Assembly: GCA_036172245.1 (NCBI GenBank)
Contig: JAYWIR010000005.1
Span: forward strand, 5,084,001 to 5,148,000
DNA length: 64,000 nt
From: Raillietiella orientalis
Lineage: Eukaryota
Direction: 5' to 3'
The number at the start of each line of letters is the position of its first letter. Within the stretch, counting starts at the first letter, position 1. The notes under the pieces are model-generated. The model saw only the letters and a program-made list of their open reading frames with translations. It was not told where the DNA came from and searched no databases. Below are positions 13,626-24,306 of the stretch, piece by piece. A program made the translations under genes and the position numbers.

Positions 13626-15354
13626 ATGGTGAACAGCTGATAGCCACATGAGAAGCGCGCACGTAGCTGAGTGGCAACTTGTGATCTGAGAAGTCAAGAG
13701 TGAGAAACCATATGGACCACCTTTTCTAGAAGATTTTTGCGAGGGTACGTCACCGAATGAATGAAAGTATCACTCGTCTGACCGCAGCCTTTGAGTGGGG
13801 GTGCAACTGGTTTCCTCGGAAATTGACCACCGAGCGGTCTGTGAAGCCCCCTTCCGCCCGGGGATCAAGTCCGCCTCCCGACGGTGACGACCATTTAGCG
13901 CATGGGATCCACAAATCCGAAATATGGACGCTACCTGGAAGAGAGCCATTTGGAAATTCTCCTGCCAGTTCATGGACCGACTCTCGCGGTCTCAGAGCGA
14001 AGGAGTGAGGCAGCAGTTGAGCCTATCTTCAACCGTGGTCACTTGACCACCATATGGACGTCCTCCCCCTGGCTCACGGTCGCGCCACGGAAGAACGACC
14101 AAAGTCCGTGTAGCCAGAGACTCCGACATGCTTGATGAGGAAAGAGTACGGCACCGTCGAACCCCTTCAAAGGTACTTCCCGTATCCAGAAGCGCCATTT
14201 GCGTATATACGCCTGCAAGGTATCGGAAGGGCCTGTAGCAAACGGGGATTTCCCCCTCAAGGCGTGCCCTCGATCGACGCGAGGAGGATCTCACTGAGAC
14301 CCTTCCCTCCCCGGATAAGCTACGTCGAACCTTCACCCAGCTGAAGTGCTGGAAGTTTCTCGGAAAAGACAGACTTTTCTCAGGGTTTCTCACAGGGCAC
14401 CGCAGCACGGATGGTCTCTCTGGCACTGGTACTGACTCGCGCCGAGTCCGTGAGAACCACGCCTGCAGACGATCTCTTCTGTGATCGATTCGGAGCGGAA
14501 GCGTCCGGTCTCCGAGAAGAGCAGCGATACCAATCCGCTCTTGGAGCCGTCCGCCTTTCGGATGTGTAAAGGTCTCTGTCGCAGCGATCTCCGTGGGCTG
14601 CCTCGTTGCGTGCCCTCGAGAATCGGCCGGGGTTGGACATTCCGAGCATGGAGACCTCGAAGTGGCACTCACGAGGCTTCCGGCTGCATGGATCTCGACG
14701 TGGTTCGGTCTCCCGAGCCACCCCCTGGAATACCACGGGATGCCCAATGGCATAACGCAGTGACTGCTCGTTCTTTCAGCAGCCGCCACGCTCGCAAAAC
14801 ATCCGTGTGGCGTGCGGGATCCAGCAGGGGAGCGACCTCTTCCTTTGTTTCTACTACTAATTTCCACAAGATCTCCACTGCTTGTTTCTGGCTAGTGCCG
14901 GAAGTGGAAGGGTGGAGGATGAAGTCAAACGCTGCAGACCCTGAGGCCCTCCTGTCCACTCATGCCAGCCGTGGAGAGTGGGAACATGGAGAACTGGAGA
15001 TGGCACTTCAATGGATTGTGCATAACCGGGTATTCGTGGCGCCATATGCGAACGGCCTGCTTCCCCTGGAGGCGACTTCAGACGACCCTTCCGCGCTAAC
15101 CGGACGCAATCGAAGGCTAGGCGCGCAGCTGTGCGTGTGAACAGGGAGAACCCGGCAGGAGCAGGACAGGCAGACGTGGAAGTGCCTTGGACTCTCCAAC
15201 TCCTTCCCCTTTCTCCATCTGGTAGGCTCCCGGGAGCCTTTCGTGAAGCGAAAGAGCGGCTTTCCCGTCTCCAGAATGAGACAGGCAACCGGTCCGCGCT
15301 CCTGAGCTTCCTCGGCAAGCGTTCCAAAGACAAATCGGGAGCATACCCATCGTC

Positions 15355-16240
15355 GGAGGCCGTGTGGTTACGGTCTCCGCCCGTGACATCATTAACCGTC
15401 GCGGGTTCGAGTACTCCGAAATGAATACTCGCAGTGCGTCGCACGTTCGAGTTCCTCCTGCAAGATGACACCGGTTGGCCTCCATTCGTTCGGTTGAGGC
15501 ATTGGTAGCGTTTCAAACCGGATGCCCCTGATGAGGGCCTTGACAACAAGAGTCGACCTTCGGGTCCTTACAGGAATCAAGGAGTGGGAGTTCCCCTCCA
15601 GTTGTGCAAAGGAGCGGATCCCCTATTCCGGGGTGACCCCCTGCGTCATGCCGATGGAAAAGGTGTGTAAGCACCTCTCCAGAGAGTGCAGAGAAGCGAG
15701 CCGCTTCCTTCGGGAAGCAGAGCCTATCTCAATTCTAGAAGCGTCCCTTAGGGGTTCTCTTCAGAGGAGGAAGTGACAAAAAGCGGTTCCCTTTCAGGTT
15801 CCCTCCGGAGAAAAAAAAATGGAGCGGATCTCTCCAGGGCCCTCCGAAAAGAACAAGGAAGGAGATTCCCTTCGAGGTTCCCTTCGGGGATCCCTCCTCA
15901 GGAGTGAGAGGAACGGACTCCGACCCTTCCTGGATTCATAGGGAGGTACCCTCCTGGAGTACCCTCCATCATCTTGAGAAACTGCACTCACCCTCAGGTG
16001 GCGTGGAACAGCGTGAAGGAGCTGTGTAGGCTGCCACCAGGTGCGCGACGGCTCTTGAGCTACTCAGCGAAACAAAAAAAGAAAAACTGAAGGACAACAA
16101 AGACAGAAAAGAGAAGGATTTCCACCATACTTGACCTTTACCATGTGGATGGACCCGTCTTCCAGGAGGTTCAGAGTTCATCGCGTGCTTCTTGCTGACC
16201 CTCATCTGCACCTGGTCATGGCCGAGGCGTCTCTTGCAGA
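15355..16240 (+). mobile_element. Retroelement 5' part: tRNA-like head, linker and degenerate APE start
   Basis: Head GGAGGCCGTGTGG...GTCGCGGGTTCGAGTAC. Colinear homology to 47230-46737 and 45723-45300 on the minus strand. Confidence 0.6.
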
Positions 16241-16469
16241 ATTAACTAGAAAAAAAAGCATTCATCCGGCAAAAAAGAGCCGTTGCCTTGTAGTGGGTTG
16301 TGACCCCCCTTGCAACCTTCAGAGTTCAGGAGGGATCTCCCCTCGCAGGAAGGTTCCCGAACGGGGTCCGCACACTGGCGAGCTCCTCCTTGCGGTTCGT
16401 CAAGCACAGCGACGCCGTCGAGATCCCACACAAGAAGTGACGATGAGGGCGGCGTTCTTGTTCTGTTCC

Positions 16470-16930
16470 TCCCTGGCGCATCTTGAGGCCGCCATTGTGC
16501 CACGAAAGCGGAAGAGAAACCCCAAACGCTCTTCGGAGCTTTTCTTCACTCTGGAGCGGATGCCTTTGCCTGCTGCGATCATCGCGGCAGGCAGCGTTCC
16601 TTTCAGAGTGAAAAGAACATCCAGAGAGTGGGCAGGGTTTTCCCACCGGGGGTGTAGCGCCGTGGCAAGATGTTCGGCCGCTGCACCCAGGAGGACAGCA
16701 CTTTCGATTGGCAGATCCAGGAAGGTCCTCCTCGTGTGGCCACACCCAGCAAGGTGCAGAGCAAAACCTCCCCCGGTCAGCGGGAGTCGGATGATAACCT
16801 TCAGCAACCCGACATGGCGCCACCGAGCCTCCGAGTGGGATCCTGGATCTCGCGGTTTTCCACAAGTCCTTCCACAGCGCTGCCCAATGGGGACGGAGGA
16901 GGGAGGGCAACGAAGGCGCTCCAAATGACG
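16470..16930 (-). mobile_element. Degenerate retroelement ORF2 C-terminus
   Basis: ENPAHSLDVLFTLKGTLPAAMIAA resembles GNPRDALKALFVADALRPEASLAA of the 22450 copy. Confidence 0.45.
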
Positions 16931-17387
16931 GTTTCCTTCGGCAGGCAGAGCTCTTCTGATTCACAAGACTCCTTGCCTCCTCATGTCTTATCTTTCGGGG
17001 ATATCTCGGAGGGACCTCCTCATTCCAGATGGCTGGGACATTTAAAAAAAAATTCAAACAAGTCCAATTGCATAGCTATGACGGACAAGGACCGACGTAC
17101 GGCGGCCCAAACCCAAAAGAGCTATCCTTGCAGGGGATCGAACCAGAGGAAAGCTGAGGAAGAGAAGGGGAGATAAACAAACAATCGATAAATAAGGGAA
17201 TCGAATGGACCGGCCTCACCGTACTCCATTTGATTCTCGAAGGCCAGCGTCGGTCACGGAAGGGACGGAAGGATGTGGGGTGCTCTCGCCGGTTTCCGAT
17301 AAGTCCTCCCACAAGCACTTGATGGTTCCCCGCCAGATTACATCCCAGACCGGACCATTTTGTTGCTCTCCGTAGGCGGTGGTTATG

Positions 17388-17456
17388 GCCCACGTTGGCG
17401 GCTGTAAGGCTTCGCGCATAGCGCCACGCGTTGAGGGTTCGAATCCCGCCCGTGGA
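17388..17456 (+). ncRNA. tRNA-derived sequence (pseudo-tRNA / retroelement 5' head), not a functional tRNA
   Basis: T-arm/B-box GGG-TTCGAAT-CCC and acceptor-like pairing CCACG/CGTGG. D and anticodon arms are irregular. Followed by the family motif TTCGGGTGCGGCACTGG. Confidence 0.55.
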
Positions 17457-17569
17457 AGAAGAGACAGCGAGAAAGGCGGGTGCGAGAAAGGTGGGTTTTG
17501 AGCCCTCTTCCTTCCCGCAAAATGGTGGCCTGTAGGCTTCGGGTGCGGCACTGGTTGACACTCAGTCAC

Positions 17570-18230
17570 GCCCAGGTTGAGTTGGTCAGTTTATCTTCCA
17601 CCGCTTGTAGACGATGGATATTATAAATGTTTCTCTGCGTTGTCGGCCGTACCCTTCCTCTATTTTGGCAGTTACCATCGCCCGAATGTGGCAGAGAGTC
17701 AGCGGCGGGGAGAACGGGAAGCCTAGAGACATGAACATCTCTCGAAACAGGTCCTCTGGGATGGCATTGAGCTTCAGCGATGCGCTCCCATCCCTGACGC
17801 AGCCTTTTGCGTTCCAGAAGTACGTGCAGAATTATTTCCACTGGACCGCAGTAAGTGTCCTCTTGGGACACTCTTCGCGCTAGGGTGCGGTGACCTTCCT
17901 CATTGCGGGGGAGCGCCCAGTGCACCAACAAGATGGCGGTCTTCTCGGAACAAAGAGAGGGCGGCGCCGTCAGCCGGAAAGCCCGGTATTCTGAAGCCTT
18001 CACTCGAAATGCTGGCAGAATCCATTCATCTTTGCAGGACTTTAGTCAGATCTTCCAGCAAATCTTCCTCCGCTATTTTTTGACAAAACGTTCCGCACCG
18101 CCCGATGGGCTACGTGACTTCAGAGGTGCGGCAGGTCACCTCTCACTCTGCAGGAGCATTCTTTTCCTGATGATTCCTCAAGAACTCGTCACTTCCCACT
18201 CTGCAGGATACTCTCTTCCTTTCGATCCAA
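17570..18230 (-). mobile_element. Retroelement tail, same subfamily as 40880-41400
   Basis: KTAILLVHWALPRN...YCGPVEIILHVLLE. Nucleotide homology to 41100-41400 (shared CACTCGAAATGCTGGCAGAATCCATTCATC). Confidence 0.6.
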
Positions 18231-18789
18231 CATGGACAATGGCCGCAAAACGGCGTCCTGAATGGTCACATCTGGAGGGTTTTCACAGTGCACGATCCCG
18301 GCGAAGATGGAGAAACGGACGACGAAGGGATCGACGCACAGAGTGCTCAGTGATCATACGCTGAGATCCGGGAAGTAGACTATTATCGTCCAGTAACCCT
18401 GAGAAGAGGAATTTTCCCGGATCACTAATGGCGTTGCTGTTCGGGAAGGTTGGACCCTCTTTCCGCATCCATGTTTGCAGTGATTCCTTCCTTGAGACAT
18501 TCGTGTTCAGTCGGAGGTTGGGTATCCACTCGTGTTCCTCCGGCAGGAACGCAACCAGGAGAAGAGGATAACAGACAGCGGTCGCGACGACCGTTACGTG
18601 CGAAGGACGCATGCGGATTCTTCGCACTCTACTGCATCTCTCACACGAAAGGAGACAACACTGCGTGTTCCACATGCTCTCCGCGGGCACTCAGTCTCAG
18701 GGACGGTGCTCGCATCTGCATCCCTTTCGGAGAGAGCGAGTTCGGGCATTTCGGGAGCTTTCAGCCGGGTTTGTCAGGGCGTTTCTCTA

Positions 18790-19680
18790 AAATAAAATAA
18801 ACATTTACCATTTTTGTGGCTGGGCCATTGATTCAACTATACCCTTTCTGTAGATACCTTGCCGTGTTACCGGTTTGCAGATCGGTGAGGTCCACCATGG
18901 CAGCAGAGGGGAGAGGCCAAACAAAACAAAAATAAACAAAGTAAAAATAAAACAGTTTTGGAGGGTTATGGGAGGACCCTCACAGCCTGCTGGAGATGGT
19001 CCTCTGAATCCTTTGGAGGATGCCGGCAAAGTCTCGCTCCATGGAAATTTGCAGGTGGGGCCATCTGATGGCTATCCGTAAAAAGCGAAGTGGATGGCAT
19101 CTCGGTTATTGGCTTCTCAGTGGCGTCGCTCCACGCTACCTCGATTCCAAAAAGGCAGCAAAGTGCTGCAAGGGTGATGCGGCTGGCTGCAGGGCGTCTC
19201 GCACAAAGAGGAGCCGCATCACCATCTCTGGAGTTGCAGCCGAAAGTTCCAAAGATCTCGGCAAAGCGTCCCCAAAGGAGCCGGTGGACAACACAGTCCA
19301 CTGGGAGGTGCAGGAGGGATGCCTGCTTCCAACACCTTGCACAGTTTGGTCCACACACACTCGTGTCCGGCGAGCGGGCGTTGCACGAGAGACCCCAGTG
19401 CAGAAGCATGAACGCTGACTCCTGCCACTCCAAGGGGAGGGCACGGCTGCTCATGAGCACCGGAAGCCACTGCAGGTCTTCCTCCGGAATACCCAGTAGC
19501 ACTCCCCAGCGCAAAAGTCCACGAGGTCGAGCAATTGGGGTCTCAGCGTCGGTGAGCCGGTCCGTTTTCCATTCGACACCTCACTTGGAAAGGGGAACCA
19601 GTTTTAGTCGCGCTTTGGACATGGAGGTGCTTTGCGGAGATCCAGGGACAAAAGGGACCGAAAAAGGCCTTTTTCTCGGT
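18790..19680 (-). mobile_element. L1/Tx1-like ORF2 C-terminus (zf-RVT-like) and 3'UTR
   Basis: ORF 18966-19514: RWGVLLGIPEEDLQW...LPLEWQESAFMLLHWGL...PNCARCWKQASLLHLPVDC. Confidence 0.75.
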
Positions 19681-19993
19681 AAAGAGGTGTGAAAAATATG
19701 TTCCACGCTGCTTCCCTCTTGGGAAGCAGCATTTCGCTGACTCCAAAGGGCGCCAGGGTGGGCGTTCGCCTTTCCCAAGCAGGCAGATCATATTTCTATC
19801 GGGGAAAACGAACCCATAGGCACCCATCAGGGACACTACCACTGGAATATGTTTATTTTATAAATAAATGCCCTGGCATGACCGGGTGTCAAACACTGCT
19901 GCACCCGAAGTCTATAAGGCCAACCAATGCAATCCTGCTTGGGGACTCGAAACCCACGACGCACCCATTTCTCTGGAGTCGATCCTTCATTTC

Positions 19994-22140
19994 CACTTGG
20001 TCACGCCAGAGCTTTTATTGTAAAAAAAAACATCTATAAAAAAACAGTCACATAAAATATAAGAAATGCCTTTCTTGGTAGTAGCTTCACATCACCACCA
20101 CGAAGGGAGACGCCTCGGATGTGCTGCTGCTCGTGAGCAGCTCCCCGATGGAGTGGGGAAGGGGTAAACAAAAACAAGAAAAAGCACAAAAGTTCGGTTT
20201 AAAAATGCTTGGGAAGAAAGGAAGGAATCGCAGATTTCCTCCTGGAGTCCGCAGCATCCTCCGGAGGATGTTGGCAACTTCCTCCTTTTGGTGGCAGAGA
20301 TGTGGCCATCTTGTCGCCTTTCTCATGAAGGAAAAGACAACTGCAATGACCTCATCATTCGGATGGCCTCTTTCAACGCGGCTTCTTGCCTCCTCAATCC
20401 CACGAAGGCACGGAGCTGCAGGCGACACCGCAAAACCTCTCTGCCGTTTTCCATCGGGAATGGGACGCCTCAGCAACGCGTTCCCGGACACTCAAGAGGG
20501 CAGCACAGTCCAACAACAGGTGCGGGAAGGTTTCCCGTTCCCTGCAACTGGCACAGTCTGGGGCCACATTCCTCCCTGTCCACTGGTGGATTCTTGCGTT
20601 GCATAGGATCGCCCAGTGCAACCACTGCAATGCCGAGTCCTGCCACTTAAGGGTAAGCGTGAAGCTGTCCACAAACACAGGGAAAGTCCCTACCACTTCT
20701 AAGGGGATGTCCAGAAGCTCCGCCCAGCAAAGAATTCCTCTGGGGAAGGTGAAGGGTGTTCATGAGTCAGCCAGCTGACGCACCGTCCAGCATCCCAACT
20801 GCTCCTTTTCCCCCGCGATCTCTCAAGATACTTCCCATCTCGCAAAGCCATTGCAGTGCCCACTTGGATTTTGTTGAGCGTGACTGCAGCTGGGGTGTTC
20901 CGCGTCCAGGTTGTCTTCCTTGGGTAGTCCACGATTTCCTGCAGCGAGCAGCGAGCGCAGTTCGAGAATCTCAGGCGTCGCGATGGCTCCGGGCTCGCGC
21001 CGCTTATTTCTTCCCCCTCTTGAACCGTTTCTTGTTTTCAGGCACTACAGTTAGTGGAGCGCCAGAAAGTCCACTTGTTTTCTTGAACCAAGGCAGCCAT
21101 TTGCAGGAGTTGGTACCTGCATCGGGGCAACTCTCTGTGTCCATGACCGAGGAAGATACCGAGTCCCTCGGCGCTGGCTGCTCACTTGACCAGGAGTCAG
21201 GCTGGGATGCACCAATGGGTGGTCCATAACTTTGCCGCTGGGGCTAATCCTCTACACTGGATCTTGCGCTTTATCCTCTCCAGCATCAGGATGCCAAGTT
21301 CGGTGTCCCGAAGTGGGGAGCACAAGTCCTTTAAGCAGACTCGGAACCTTTGCGTTCCCCAGAAGACTTTATCGCAGAAGGCCCTCGGTTCGCTTTTTCA
21401 CATCTTTGGATAGGGAACAAACAAAAAACTGGTGTCAGAGGAGGCAGCCACAAACATGTTCCAGAGGACAGCCCGTTCCGTCAAGAGAAATTTGTCGTTC
21501 AGGAACGGATTAAGCATGAATTCTGCCTTTTGAGAGCAATCGGACCAGACGGTTGCTGAGCAAAAGTCCCCGACGGAACTCCCAGGTACTTAAAGCACCT
21601 GACTGTGGAGATCTCCAACGGATCCAGTCCGGTTGTCCTGCCTACGCTGCACCAACGGGAAGCACAGTTGCCTTTGCCCCGTTTCTATGCATGCCAGCTC
21701 CCCGGCGGATCAGCTCGAGGAATTCCTCGAGAGATGCTGCCGGTGGCGAGCTGGGAAAGGCAGCAAGATTTGTTCTGGACGCTCTTAGCATCAAATCGAA
21801 GATGCTAAAGAGCAACGCACCCCGAATGCCTGCTTTCCGAATCCCATGCCGCACCAGTACGCCATTCACGTGTCGGTCGTTTAAAAAAATATTAATTATC
21901 GCGTTGCGCCAGCAGGAGCGAAGACATCCGGGAATCTCATGCGAATTTCTAGAAATTTCAAGAGGAGCTTCTATTCGATGCAGTCGAATGCCTTTTGGCA
22001 ATGCAACGCGCCGAACAGGAACGACGGTTCCTGTTCGGGCACTACAGAAGCTGCACGCTCCGAGAGATCCTGGAGGATCCGAAGAAGAGAGCGTGGTCAG
22101 GAAGAATCCCCCTTGCTGCTGCGCTGGCCCTCCTAAGGGA
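19994..22140 (-). mobile_element. Decayed L1/Tx1-like ORF2: RT remnant, C-terminal zinc finger and 3' end
   Basis: NIFLND...VRHGIRKAGIRGALLF (degenerate GxRQGxPLSxLLF), GMHRNGAK, FKYLGVP, and LKWQDSALQWLHW...CASCRERETFPHLLLDC. Terminal AATAAA-hairpin at 19994-20019. Confidence 0.75.
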
Positions 22141-22364
22141 AGATTTGGACAGCGATGTTGCGGCGAAGTGGGAGGTTAACATAAAAATCTCCGGAAGGGA
22201 GAAGAAAATAGGAGTGGAAGACGAACCAGCTAACAGACGCTGCGACCCCGAGTACACGATGAGATTTTGAAAGGATGTTGTCTGGGGCGGATGATGAAGA
22301 ATTTATCTTCATAGTCTGGTATTTTATGTGATCTTGAAATAGTGATCTTGAAATGAAGAAAAAG

Positions 22365-23060
22365 TTACCTAAGGGATAACATTCCCCATGGACTTCTGCG
22401 CTGGGGCGCGCTGCTCGATGTTCCTCTAGAACACCTGAAGTGGCCCCCGGTGCGAATGAACACCTCCACCCTCCCCTTAAAATGGCAGGAGTCGGCTCTA
22501 CTGTTGCAGCATTGGGGACTCCCCTGCAACGCCCGCCGACACCATTGGACCTGGGGAGCGGTCGACCCCAATTGTTTTAGGTGTGGGGAACGGAAGTCCC
22601 TCCCCCACGTCCTAGTGGATTGTGTTGCTCTTCAGCCCCTTTGGTTCCGCTTTGCCGCGGCCATCGGTATCCCCTACGGCAACCCCAGGGACGCATTGAA
22701 AGCCCTCTTCGTTGCCGACGCCCTTCGGCCTGAGGCCTCGTTAGCAGCCCTGTGCTGCCTTCGCGGGACCGTCGCCGCTTGGAGCAAGGCTGCGGGAGGA
22801 TCACGCGATAAGGGTGCCATCCAGCACGCCGCCGAATTTTTGAGGGCGTCGAGATGGCCCCACCTGGATCCGCGAATACAAGAAGAGCTTGCCGGCATCC
22901 TGAGAAGGATGCAACGGCCCCAGCAGCAACAGTGATCCCTTCCCGTACCCTCCCACTTTTTCTTTTCTTTTTGTTTTGTTTTTTTGTTTTTCCCCCTTCC
23001 CCCTGCTGCCATGGTGGACCGCACCGGTCTGCGAACCGGTGACCCGGCAGGCTCTGTGTT
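22365..23060 (+). mobile_element. 5'-truncated L1/Tx1-like tail with an open zf-RVT-like frame
   Basis: ORF 22450-22935: LPLKWQESALLLQHWGLPCN...PNCFRCGERKSLPHVLVDC, followed by a T-rich UTR. Confidence 0.8.
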
Positions 23061-23299
23061 TCTTCGTGCGTGGCTGGTGAAAATCGAATGTCTTTCGCAA
23101 ATCGACTGCGATATCAAGAGCGCCAGATGCCTCCGACTCAATGTGACCTCCCGATCCTTCGCCATCTCGGAATTCAGGATTCCTTTGGTCGACCGAAGCA
23201 ACTCCTTGTTGTTACAGAAGCCAGGAGCCTACCAGAAACATGTAATTTTCTACGCTTCGTCCAGGAACAGAGAGCGTCTGCTCCGTACTGATAAAAATC

Positions 23300-24300
23300 C
23301 ACCAACCGCTCCAGGCGCTCAGTCCACAGTTTTGCGAGCAGCCTGGCGTCCTTGTTGATCGCAATAATCAGACGTCAGCTGCTTATGTTGCAGAGGTCCC
23401 CTCCCTTTGGAAGGAGACGTACTCCTGCTGATTGGAAGGAGGCGGGCACCTCGCCTGTCTCCCAAATCAACGTGCACACCCGATGCAGCAGTGGGATCAG
23501 CTCTGCTGCAAAACACTGTTAAACCGGCAGGCCATCCTTCCCTGGTGCTTTCCTCTTCTTGAGCTTGCCGATGGAGGAGATAAGCTCTCCCGTCGTGAAC
23601 GGCTCGCACAAGAGAGTTCGTCAATCCTCGATCGTGGGGACGCCTTCCGGCAGCAGCCGCTGAGAGAAGTCGCGTTCCGGTGGTGCTCTTGCTTACAGGA
23701 AGGAGTAAAATTGGCGCATGATATTTCTGCCCGGTACGAGCGCTCTTGGCCTTGGTCGTCTATTGAGCTGGTCGTCCCGGATTGTCGGGCTTATCGCTCT
23801 TCCCTGGCTTTCATTTCGGCTAGACGACGAACGTCTGGCCTTTTCTGCAAGCACGAAGCTTGGAGATATGCGCATTCCTCACCAAATCCGGCAGGGAGAC
23901 GGTCCATAGGGAATCTCGTGCAGAACTCTCAACCTGGGCGACTTATCTCGTCCCAGTCTTCGAGTTGCTGCACGTTTACATCTCTCAGGAAGTTGCGGAG
24001 GTGTTCCACAGCCTCTGGGAGATGGAGCCAATCCCTTAGGAGGCGCCAAGCGTTGGAGGGGGGACCTTTCCCGCATGGGATTCCTTCCAGATCAATTTGG
24101 CCGTGGACCGACAACGTCATTGCTGCCTTTCCAAGATAACCAATCCACGGGCGCAGGTAGTTGTCGAGGAAGACGTTATCGATGCTGCCTTCCATGCCGA
24201 TGACCACAGTCAACATGTTGCACGCGTCCATTGCTGTGCACAACTCGTTAACCAGGTTGAGCTGGCCGCTATCCCTTCCTGAAAGCAGGGAGATGTTGAA
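23300..24300 (-). mobile_element. Degenerate RT N-terminal fragment
   Basis: LLSGRDSGQLNLVNE...VVIGMEGSIDNV resembles the non-LTR RT motifs F.xGR...lD.ekAFD.v. Confidence 0.45.
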
Positions 24301-24306
24301 ATTTAT

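Noticed and set aside
17388..17456. Functional tRNA gene
   Set aside because: No canonical D arm or 7-nt anticodon loop, no T-run terminator, and homologous to the retroelement heads.
23004..23052. SECIS element
   Set aside because: Core is ATGG not ATGA, the AA spacing is wrong, and there is no selenoprotein ORF.
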